This document shows, in pieces, positions 9,682 through 20,044 of a DNA stretch of 64,000 nucleotides; the stretch's first letter is position 1; each line of letters opens with the position of its first letter. The notes below the pieces were generated by a model. That model searched no databases, was not told the DNA's origin, and saw only the letters and a program-made list of their open reading frames with translations. Location of the stretch: contig NIVC01000859.1 of assembly GCA_002269645.1 (NCBI GenBank), positions 1-64,000 on the forward strand, written 5' to 3'. The translations under genes and the position numbers were made by a program. This DNA comes from Macrostomum lignano (lineage: Eukaryota).

Positions 9682-10264
9682 ATTTCCCCTACTACTTAAG
9701 ATGAATGTTTTTACTTTTCAATGCAGGGGCTAGAGCTCTTAAGTCCCTGGGGTCGGGGACTTAAACAACAGAGTTTTGACACCACGACAGCACATTGGGG
9801 TTGGGGATAAAGTTAAGATGAATCACTTTCAAGGGGAGCTCTTAAGTCCCTGGGTTGGGGACTTGGATGGGGTTGGGATCGTGCGGCTAAATTTGAGATG
9901 AATGTGAGAGGAGCTCTTAAGTCCCTAGAATGTTGTGGTTGGGATGGTGGGGGCTTACGTTAAGATGAATGAAGCTAATGGGGAAGCCGTCCAGCATTGG
10001 CCACTATAAAACAAGGCTAGATTGCAAAGGAGGTGTCTTGAAAACCAACTGATAACTAGGCCATCGCCCTCCAAAAAGATCTTGAATAATAACAATTGGA
10101 GATTTTGTTACTTTAGTTACTTAAATAATGCAAGGAAAGATGCCAGGAGAGAGAGGACAGAAGGGAAAGAGAAGAGAGGGAGAAAGGAGAGAGAAGGGGG
10201 AAAGAAGAGAGGGGAGAGGGGAGAAAAGAGGGAAGAGAGGAGAGTAAAGGGGGCAGAGAAGAGA

Positions 10265-10580
10265 ATCTTGCTGTTCGCCCTTGGCCTCGCCTGCGCGATC
10301 CCAGCAGCATGAGCAGCAGCACTTCGTGTAGCAGCTCAGGGCAGAGGGCCTCCGACCAGATGACGTGGCCAGCCAGTCGAAGTCATCGCCCGCGCAGCAG
10401 GTCAGAAGGCCGCGTCAGGCATGCCCTTGTGTAGAGCGCTGCATTGGTCTGATCTCGCTACCTGGACTGCTGCGCACTCTGAACGCCGCACGCAGCATGG
10501 CCGTAAGCGCAGCGTTCAGCTGCCTCTCCAAGGCTTCCGTCAGGGTCCAGGTCTTGGCATTGGACAACAGTTACGGAAGA
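10265..10580 (-). pseudogene. RTE-like non-LTR retrotransposon 3' fragment
   Basis: Degenerate LLSNAKTWTLTEALERQLNAALTAMLRAAF..NAALY..LRLAGHVI..EVLLL..SRRRGQGR, typical of the region after RT in RTE-type LINEs. Confidence 0.7.
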
Positions 10581-10865
10581 TTTACGAAGTTACGGATACG
10601 GATATGGATACGGAGTTTAAGAAGCAAAATTCAACCCCAAAATCAAGGCAATTGACAACTAGACGAGCAATCCGTGGTTTTACAGGTACATGTATGCACC
10701 ATGCACTATGCATCAATGCTTTGTACTCATTCTTGTTTAGTGGCTCAGCAACAGGATCGGCTTTTTTCTATTGTTAAATCAGTCGATCTAATACGAGAAA
10801 GCCAGAGGACGCCAGGCTCTGTGCGGCTCACTTTTTAAATCATCAATTAGCTCCTTAAATATACA

Positions 10866-11653
10866 CAGGGGCGTCGCCATGGATTTTATGGTGGGGGAAA
10901 ATCACATGTACATGTACATGACTAAATTCCTACATGTCCATTATTTTCAGAATCGGTGTTTTCAGCACTCATTTTGGCGCCGCAGGCACTCATTTTAGCG
11001 CAGCAGGCACTCATTTTAGCGCCGCAGGCACTCATTTTAGCGCCGCAGGCACTCATTTTAGCGCCGCAGGCACTCATTTTAGCGCCGCAGGCACACTCAT
11101 TTTAGCGCCGCAGGAACTCATTTTAGCGCCGCAGGCACTCATTTTAGCGCCACAGGAACTCATTTTAGCGCCGCAGGCACTCATTTTAGCGCCGCAGGAA
11201 CTCATTTTAGCGCCGCAGGAACTCATTTTAGCGCCACAGGAACTCATTTTAGCGCCGCAGGCACTCATTTTAGCGCCGCAGGCACTCATTTTAGCGCCGC
11301 AGTCACTCATTTTAGCACCGCAGGCACTCATTTTAGCACCGCAGGAACTCATTTTAGCGCCGCAGGCACTCATTTTAGCGCCACAGGAACTCATTTTAGC
11401 GCCGCAGGCACTCATTTTAGCGCCGCAGGCACTCATTTTAGCGCCGCAGGAACTCATTTTAGCGCCGCAGGCACTCATTTTAGCGCCGCAGGTGCTATGT
11501 TATGTCGCACTGTAGCAAAGTTATTGCATGATTTCCTTAACGGGTCACAAGGTGCATGGGGGTGGGGGACGTCTGGGGGGGACATGCCAATGCTTTGTCC
11601 CCCCACCCCACCTTGGACATGTCGACCCCCCCCCCCTGTTGGCGACGCCCCTG
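10866..11653. mobile_element. hAT-type MITE carrying a 21-bp minisatellite (~10965-11490)
   Basis: Perfect 14-bp TIR caggggcgtcgcca / tggcgacgcccctg; 8-bp flanks aatataca / catataca (7 of 8 match); internal (gcactcattttagcgccgcag)n. Confidence 0.85.
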
Positions 11654-13574
11654 CATATACATGTAAATAGGGAATCCGATTCCTGAAAAAAAATTCCTGG
11701 GGTTGCCAGAGATGGTTGCGGCTGGGGAATGACACATCTCTCTCAATTCTTATGAAATCCCAGCCTGTATTTTTGCACGTGGACACTGGACAGTCCAGTC
11801 AGTCAGTCACATCTCAATCTGGCAATGTTGAAAAACAAATATGTTGCACTGTAAACTGTGTGTCCACCATGCCAATGCAGAGTGCCATCAGCTAACGCAA
11901 AGTTGTTAGCTGGTTATATTATATATTATTAAGGCAAATTTCAATGTACACACTTACCATATTTATGCATTCGCTATCATTTGAAATTAAAGTACACACG
12001 GTTTTAACAATGCTGATATCTCAATTCCCCGAGGAGAGGTTTTATGCATTTTTTCTGGGTTACCAAGAATGGATTCCCTACCAACATGTAAGTAGTATAC
12101 ACCCTAAACAGGCAAGCCAACCTGTAGATTATACGGTTTAGCTGAAGAGTGACTAGGTACGTTAGTTAGATTTCTGACAGATTCTGCGATTTTTAATGTA
12201 TACGGAAGCTTTTAGAATTTCTAAGCTTGTTAGGATGATGGCCAAAATAGGCTATAAATTTCAAAATGACAAGTATACGCTGAGGTAAATAGTGAAGTAT
12301 AGGCTCCTTGCAACACTTGTAGACAACTTAGAGATAACTTAAAGACGTCTTCAGACATCTTCAAGACATCTTAAAATCTACTTAAAGACATCTTCCAGAT
12401 GACTTGCAGAAGACATCTTGCCCAAGATCATTTAAGAAATGCTGTTGCCATTGCAATCATAGTTGTTTAAAAGAAAAATGACTAAAAATATTACAGCACT
12501 CTTTTGTTTTGTTTCAGGCAATATTGATATGAAAGAGAAGCTATTTAGTAGGCTTCTAAACATGGTTCAATGTAATTTATGATTTATGATTTATATTTTC
12601 ATTTTATAAAAGGCACAGTTTAAAAGTCACAGAAGCAATAAAATGGTGAATCAAAAACAAGTTAAAATACACTAAATAAAAATGCAAAAATACTTCACTA
12701 TGCAAAACATGACACGACATTAACGCAAGCAAGAACACAAATACAATTGAGTACGCGAAAGCAAAAACATGGTACGGCAATGAACGCAATCAAATACAAG
12801 TCAAAAGCAAGTCAAAAAGCAAGTCTCGACGGAACACAAAATTTACGCAAACTATAGCACGACTTTTCTACAATCAAAGGTACTAGGCAAAATTGAAAAA
12901 CCCGCACTTGAAAAACACAATGAAACCAAACGTACGCAACAAAAGGAAACGCATGCACCCGTCACCGAGAAACAAATAACGCGCTGACGCATTTTACAAA
13001 AGTTAATTTTATTACGCCTTCGTTGACATGCTAAGATAACCCTCATTGGCTGGCAAAAGTTTTATTACTCGCTAATTTAACTGCCTGCACCCCCCCCCTC
13101 CTAAAAAGGTAGGGTGGACGCTACGACCCTCACTGTCACCACAGCAGAATTCTTATCGCTCCGTCACGACGCTTATCTCTATCTGATGCCTCGACGATAA
13201 TTAATTTCACGCCCGCGCTCCCGTGGCGTGCCATCCTCTCAGCGAAGTCTATCGCCCATTGGCTGCAGTTTACCGTCTTGCCCAGGACCAATCCCCGTGG
13301 CGAAATTCACCGCCCAATGGCTGCAGTTTTCTGTCGTTCCCAGGACAACTATTTAAACGCCCAACGAGGCTCTGACCCCGCCTCAATCAACGTCCCAACT
13401 ACATTATGGCCCGTCACCCGAGCGACAACGAGACGAGGCGGCCCTGCGGACCCCTAAACTGCACAACACCAGGCCGTCACCTCCCGGACTACCCGGGCTG
13501 GAAGCACGCCTAGTGACCATGCCACAATCCCGATGACTAAGCCTACTTAACTATCAACAACAGTCGCTCACCAG

Positions 13575-14297
13575 CTACGGGTCCCGCTTAGCACGTGGTG
13601 GGGTGCGCATGTACAAGCATTCGAATCTGTCAGCAGCCGCGTGGGTATCAACTCGAAAGCGCGCCACGCTGCGAACAGTCACCGAGCCATCCTCTTCCAG
13701 CTGACGGCGGTAACCGGCGCCGAACAACGACTCGCAGCGGCCAGCGGGCAGGACGCCCCCGATCGACGTTGACGCGGGCCCAGTGCCGTTGCGTCCCTTC
13801 AAGGCGAGCCCTTCTGCCTGACAGGCCGTGCGGATGTCGTCGATGCTCGTGTCTGGCATTCGCTGGCGCGGTGTAAAAGCAATGGCCACCGACACGGCCG
13901 TCGCCATCGTGTCGAACAACTCGGGCATCGGGATGCCGCCTTGCTGACCAGCAAGCTGCACGTGCCGGATCTTCGCACGAAGCGTATCTACCAACGGGTT
14001 TCGGCTCCAGTCGTTTCTAATGTATCGCTTCAGAGCCGAAAAGACCTGTGGCCGCGTCAGCGTCGGCGGTGTCTCGAGTTCGCGTTCGGCGCGACGCAGG
14101 GCACGTCGTTGCTCATAGTGCCGTTGGGCCCGCTCTCGCCGCCTCTCAGCCCGCGATGGCTTCGCCGTCGCCATCGACATGTCAAGGTCGTCAACGGCGG
14201 CGCACACATCGAGCACGTCCTCCTTCGGGACCGCGGCAGCGCCGTCGAAAATTTCGCCATCTTCGCGCTCAGCCATTTCAGCTGCAACATGTAACAT
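13575..14297 (-). CDS. Orphan GC-rich 240-aa ORF, function unknown
   Basis: Long open frame that is not a tandem repeat; acidic N-terminus and Arg-rich helix; no recognised domain. Confidence 0.35.
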   Translation of the reverse strand: MLHVAAEMAEREDGEIFDGAAAVPKEDVLDVCAAVDDLDMSMATAKPSRAERRRERAQRHYEQRRALRRAERELETPPTLTRPQVFSALKRYIRNDWSRNPLVDTLRAKIRHVQLAGQQGGIPMPELFDTMATAVSVAIAFTPRQRMPDTSIDDIRTACQAEGLALKGRNGTGPASTSIGGVLPAGRCESLFGAGYRRQLEEDGSVTVRSVARFRVDTHAAADRFECLYMRTPPRAKRDP

Positions 14298-14530
14298 GTC
14301 GGTTTACCGTAAGTTTATTTTTTAATATTTTTGCGTCAAGCAGTGTTCTGACTCCAGCAATTGTGAATAATATTTTTTGTGTTGTTTTTATGAAGCTTTT
14401 ACAATTTTTATGTTATTATCGAATATTCACGCATGTCAGTTCTACTGCAGACAGTTTTTTATAATGTTTTTAATTTTAATAATAATATTTTCGCGATAAT
14501 AATTTTCCGACTGTCTGTGCCTGTGGAACC

Positions 14531-15670
14531 TCAGACGACTGCAATCTGGGCCCTATTCAATTTCAATTCCTTTTTGCAAGCCAGTAGGTCCCCTGAGCGA
14601 GCGAATGCAGATGAAGTCGGATGCAGGTTGGCAGCTTGCAGTTCAGCTGGGATACCGCGGTTTTTCCGTACTGTCCCAGTTAGCAGCGTATCATGCTGCA
14701 GCAGCCAAGTAGCCAGCCGCTGAGACGTAAACCAACTGTCGGTAAAGACGTGGTGTCCAAGATTAAGCAAACTGCGGCACAGTTCTGCAACAACCTTCTC
14801 ACTCATCGTGAAGTCCTGACACCCGAGGCCTTCACCGAACTGATTATTGACCTCAGGGAATGTGTGAACGACGAAGTTCCATAAGTACGCACTCTCGCTC
14901 TCACAGATACAATACACTTTGATTCCGTATTTACTTTTCTTTGTTGGAATGTACTGTTTAAAGGCAACTCTGCCCTTGTACAAAACGAGTGTCTCATCAA
15001 CCGACAGTCGCTGCCGTGGCATGTAATTGTTGCTGCAGAGATGCTTTACGCTGTGCAGAAAGGGCTCCATCTTTGCCAGAGGGCCATCTCCTAAAGCCTC
15101 AGCGCAGTTGTAAAAACGCAGGCAGGACAGCAGCTGCTTGAAGCGGTCTCTTCAGAGCAAGAATGGCTTAGCCAAAAGGGGACAATGAAACGCTGGATCG
15201 GTTGACCTGTAGTTGGCGATTTCCGGCTTCTTGTCGACACCCATCAAAAGCACGATTCCCACTAACTTACGAACTTCATCCGTCGTTGAGTCCCGCCATT
15301 TTAACATTTGCTTCGGCAGTGCAGCCTCTGTTTCGGCTTCTTGAAAGATTCTCCAAGCCAATTAGTCCAATTGCTGAGGTCTTCGACCACTGATCTAGAA
15401 AAAAAGCTTTAGGAAAGCATCTTCGTTTCCATCAGCAGTTGGTGGAGGCTGCCAGTCTGGTCGGATGCCAGGTGTTCCGAGAAAATCGGGTAAGGCTGAT
15501 GGCCTGTTGTCCTAATTCGGTTGAACCATGTGCCACCCACCGGCTTGCTCGTTGTTCTTAGCGATGTCCATCTCATCGTCCTCAGACCATTCAAAAGTTT
15601 CATCAGCGGTGGAATACTGACTCGACGAAGTATCAGAGTCGAAACTAGCGTCAGAATCCATGTATATTTG
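14531..15670 (-). pseudogene. piggyBac (PGBD4-like) transposase, fragmented and 3'-truncated
   Basis: WRDSTTDEVRKLVGIVLLMG..PEIANY; LSVDETLVLYKGR..QYIPTKKSKYGIK (D1); VFTDSWFTS (D2); GTVRKNR. The third Asp is not seen. Confidence 0.9.
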
Positions 15671-15984
15671 CTTGAAACAGAAAATCTCTGTGCAAACTCT
15701 ACGCGCAGGCAGTCAATAAGTATATGTAAAGTCTATGTAGAAACTCTGTGGTACGTTAGAAACTGTTCCCGGCGGGAATGGGTGTGAGCATTACAGGAAA
15801 AAAATTGTCTATGGCCCGATTTCGGTCCAAGCCGTCAGGAACGGGTGTGGACCAAAGAGAGGTCAGTCTCGTAGTCGTTAATAATACTGTATTATAGCGA
15901 TTAGCGTTAATCTGAAAAGTCAAAAACATTGACTGATAACAAAGTCAGTTGCTTCTGTTGTTTTTTATGAAGGCTTTATTTCGC

Positions 15985-16055
15985 TGTCTATTTGTTACTT
16001 GTAAAGAACAAAGATTCTATCCAGATGTCCCCCATCGGGGGGCGATGATTGCTAG
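15985..16055 (+). mobile_element. Isolated Helitron 3' end, same family as 41.4 and 43.4 kb
   Basis: tttgttacttgtaaagaacaaagattctatccagatg-tcccccatcgggggg-cgatgattgCTAG: GC hairpin followed by CTAG|T. Confidence 0.75.
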
Positions 16056-17270
16056 TTTATCGCTAAAATTGTTAAATCATAGTACAAGCCAGTACAGGCA
16101 CTGCACACGCAGGTGTGAAAGCCTAGATAAATAGAACAGATCGCAGATTTAATAATACTGTATTATAGCGATTAGCGTTAACCTGAAAGTCAGACTGGAC
16201 TGGCGCCTCTAGACTCAGGGCGTCAACCTCTAGTCGAAAAATATCATTTCCAACATTGCCCACCAATGACCGAAATTTCGACCTTAGGAAATTTTCGACT
16301 TGATATTGCTCTTAGACAAGTTAGGTAGCCGCTCAGAGCCCAAGTTGGCTCCCAAAAGAAAATCTCGGGGGACTCAACTGGAATCTATACTCCACAAATG
16401 CAGATTCTCGCATATGACAGGATCGCATGACCAGACTCACCTAGGCTCCTGAGTGTGATGAGAGACGATGATACTCCGCTCACACTGATAGTACAACCCA
16501 GTACAGGCAACCAGTACAGTATAGTACAACTCAGTCAAGTGGAAAATGGCAAGACAGTTTTAGCAAAAATGAAAACAGAAAAACAGTGACACGAACGTAA
16601 GCATGTGTATATTTTCTTTCCCTCCTCCTTTTTCATCCGGGCTGGGGACCGGCAATGGCGGAGTTAAAAGAGTTGACTAAACGCAAGAATCACGAATTTG
16701 GTGGCCCTGAAAAAAGGGCCGTTTTAACGTTCAGAAGGGATCACGTTTTTACAGGTCAGTGACCAAGACCTTTCCCAAACCACAACTGCACAAGTGCAGT
16801 GGCGGCGGGCCGCTGCTGCGTGTTGCCAGACTGGCCAGCGTGGCAAGGCTCGGCACCTTGCCAGCGGAACAGCGGGCAGCCCGGTTTGCAATTAGTGCCC
16901 GATACTTCGCAGCAGCGGTCCGCACTGCGCAGCTTTGCCAGTGGAAACCGGGCTTAGGCGGCGAAGACGAAGAAGACGGCTTAGAACACGAAGGAGCTGG
17001 CACTGGAGCTGGCACAGCTGGCCCCTCGCACCATGAAGTTTGCCCCCAAAAGCAGCCTGGCCCATTGCTGATTGCTTAGAAATCATTGTCTCTTGGACAA
17101 TGTTTCCTACGGCACGTATTGGCCAGCAACTTTTAGCAGCAGCTTACATGGGCAAGGGGCACCACTCATCTTCTGCCACCTCAGTAGCAGACTGGCGCGA
17201 CAATAGACAGCCCTGGAATCATTTTGTGAACAGAAATGATTATCCCACAAAAATTAAAACTAGCCAACAT

Positions 17271-17435
17271 CTAGCCAACTCCCCACCTAGCCACCCAACT
17301 CCCTATCTAGCCACCTAACTCCCCACCTAGCCACCCAACTCTCCACCTAGCCACCTAACTGCCCACCTAGCCACCCAACTGCCCACCTAGCCACCCAACT
17401 GCCCACCTAGCCACCCAACTCCCCACCTAGCCACC
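17271..17435. repeat. 20-bp minisatellite (ctagccacccaactccccac)n
   Basis: About 8 tandem units. Confidence 0.95.
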
Positions 17436-18124
17436 AACGATCCACCTCCGCTTATCTCTACTCATCTCCGCTCCAGCCTAAAGTAAAAAATGAATAGAAA
17501 AAACAAGGCTACTGTACATATGCTTAGTGCATGCAAAAAACATCGTTGGTGAGTGTTTATTGGATTTGTCATCAACAAGTAATTAGTGATGCCAAATTGT
17601 AATGCATTTTGTGAGTGGCGCGTCCGCTTACAGTTCTCCTAAGTCTCTAGGCTTACATTTTATTTCTATCTCCTACTTCAAGTAGCGAACTAAGCTTATT
17701 TTACTCGGCATGAAAAAATAAATGAGCAAAAATATTATATTTTTAGTAAATTTCTATTGTGTACGTTGCAAACTCGTAATACTCGAATACTAAAACTCTT
17801 AATTACAAGTTTTGCAATAGTTTCAGCTTTGCGTGCCTCTATTTTCTGTGTCCCTCACTACGCTCGTAAAAGAGGAGGGGTAGAAGAATGGAGGGGAGAA
17901 AGGGTAGACTGGAGGGGAGAAGCGTAGAATGTAGGCGAGAAAGGGTAGAATGAGGAGAGAATATTTATTTGCACTTCAATGCACCAATAAAGGACCCACA
18001 AAATTGAAAACAATATTTCCGCTAGTTCACTGACAACATTCGGATCTAAACGCGCAGGTCAATGTCTTCCAGCAACGGAGCTGCAGACGCCGCGGCCGCA
18101 GAAGCGCCACCACCAGCAGTCGTA

Positions 18125-19859
18125 CGAGGGGCGTACCGAAAGTTTTGAGATACGCCGAAACCACAAATATCTGAAGCAAAATTTCTGTCACGATTTTTCG
18201 AAGTAGTTGCCACCAGCTTGCACGCATTTCCTCATGCGGTGAAACCACTGCGTTCAGGCTCCAGCCCACTGTTCTTCTGGCACTGCTGACACCACCTGCT
18301 CGAACTCGATTCTTGCTGCTTCAGGGCTCTCAAACCGAGTCCCACGCAGTTGGATCTTCACCAAAGGGAAGGGAAAGAAGTGACAGGGTGCCATGTCAGA
18401 GAATATGCGGGATGCGTCCAACTGGACTCCATTATCGGCCAGAAATGCCAATGTTGCAACAGCCATGTGCGCACTGGCATTGTTGTGGTGCAGCAGCAGG
18501 CAACGAAGTCCGGTGCGCGGCTGGCGTCTGCGCCACGCATCGAACACGAGCGGCAGGCACTGGTTAGTATATCAGTCTGCATTGACTGTCCGCCTGTTTT
18601 GGAGCGCTACAGACGCCAATTGGCCGGCCTGGCTGAAGAAAGCCGCCACCATCTGCTTCCCGACGCTGCGGGCCCGCTTGACTTTCGTTGGAGTGGCATC
18701 GTCCGGAAGGAGCCAAACTGCAGAATGCTGCTTGGTTTCCGTGTCGTGCTGGCAGACCCAGGTCTCATCGCCACTGATGATCTCCCAGCATCACTTTAAA
18801 GTCCCAGAATCAAATCTTTCCAGCATGAACTCGCACCAAAGCACCCTCTCCGCTTTCTGGTCATCCGTTAGGTTGTGGGCACCCAGCAGGCACACCGCTT
18901 GGAGGCTCCCAGCTTGTCAACTGCTGCCGATCCAATGCCGAGAGCCTCTCTGACCTCTGCACAGGTCACTTGCCGGTCCTCGTCAATCATTCTTCGGACA
19001 GCAGCTAAAGTGAAACGAAGGCGCCGTTAGCAAGAGGATGGGAGAAATCAGCCGACACGCTCGTGATGTTTGAACAAGCAGCCAGCCTTGGCAGCAACTC
19101 CCCAGATGCACAAGATCTGCATGCCTAAAAATAGTCCTGATGATCGGCGAGCAAGAAGCCCAGCCATGCGATCCTCGCGTGATGCATGCACAACCTCTGA
19201 CCGACACTGCCTATTGGGCCTCGAAATCCCACTCTCTCTCCCTACTGCTCCTATTCCTCGTAGCTTGCGTACAGTGTGCTAGCTTATAAAATATACTGAT
19301 TGAAGAGGAAAGATCCTCGCCTGAAGTTTGAGAATGTGACTCTAGAGATCACACGGAGAAAGTTACCATCGAAGTCCATAGTTCGTTGTCTTCCTGAACT
19401 GTTGGCAGAAGGAAACGATAATATGGGAAAACCCATATAAATTGTCGTTTCACAGCGATGTTTTCGTCCGTGACAGCGGAAGCTGGACGTCCCGTCCGAG
19501 GCTCGTCATCAAGGCTGCTTCGGCCCCACTTACATTCGCTGTACCACCGAAAAAAACTATGGCACGTGAAGGGGCTTGATCTCCAAAGACAGCATGTAAA
19601 ATTTCAACGCACTGCTCCTACGTGAGACCTTTTCGCTGGTTGTAAACAATCATGACTCGAAAGTCGCAATTTGTCAACTCCATTGGAGCAAGTACAGTTT
19701 GGTAGGGGGTATCGACTTTAAAGAGGGATTGTGAAAGATTGACAAAAGCACAAAGGCTGAAAATTAATCATCTTAAAGGTGGTAGAGTATGTAAATAAAA
19801 ATTCGTGCAGTTTGTATTTATGAGTCAGCCGTATCTCAAAACTCTCAGTACGCCCCTCG
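18125..19859 (-). mobile_element. Mariner DNA transposon with degenerate transposase and a ~440-bp internal insertion (~19007-19452)
   Basis: ~29-bp TIRs (cgaggggcgtaccgaaagttttgagatacg / cgtatctcaaaactctcagtacgcccctcg) with TA target duplication. Fragments DDEPRTGRP, ISGDETWV, LLHHNNASAH, DMAPCHF..LRGTRF. Confidence 0.92.
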
Positions 19860-20044
19860 TACTGCTGCTGCTAATCGTGTCAGCAACGCAATCTACTGCG
19901 ATATCCATCTCGCCTAGTCCGTTGCAAACCGCGCCTTGCAGTATATCGATGGCGGAAAACACAGCGTCCTGCAACACCGTAGCATATTATCCGAGAACAC
20001 CGGCTGTTTCAGCAGAACTTGAAAGCTTAGCACCGACCTGTGCA

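Larger units (their letters stand above)
1..9700. mobile_element. Polinton/Maverick (adintovirus-like) endogenous virus A; left end outside the window, right end approximate
   Basis: Contiguous intronless cluster of pPolB, integrase, minor and major capsid, adenain protease and packaging ATPase. Genes abut or overlap (e.g. 6566-6569 ATGA overlap, 3281-3288 overlap). PolB converges on the minus-strand cluster. Confidence 0.95.

Noticed and set aside
10022-10322. ORFs over the GA-rich tract
   Set aside because: Low-complexity purine run plus the end of the RTE remnant.
10934-11515. Repetitive ORFs (ILAPQAL / MSACGAK); likewise 27236, 39129-41446, 44255-45257 and 48110-48657
   Set aside because: They are translations of minisatellites that are open in several frames, with no evidence of coding.
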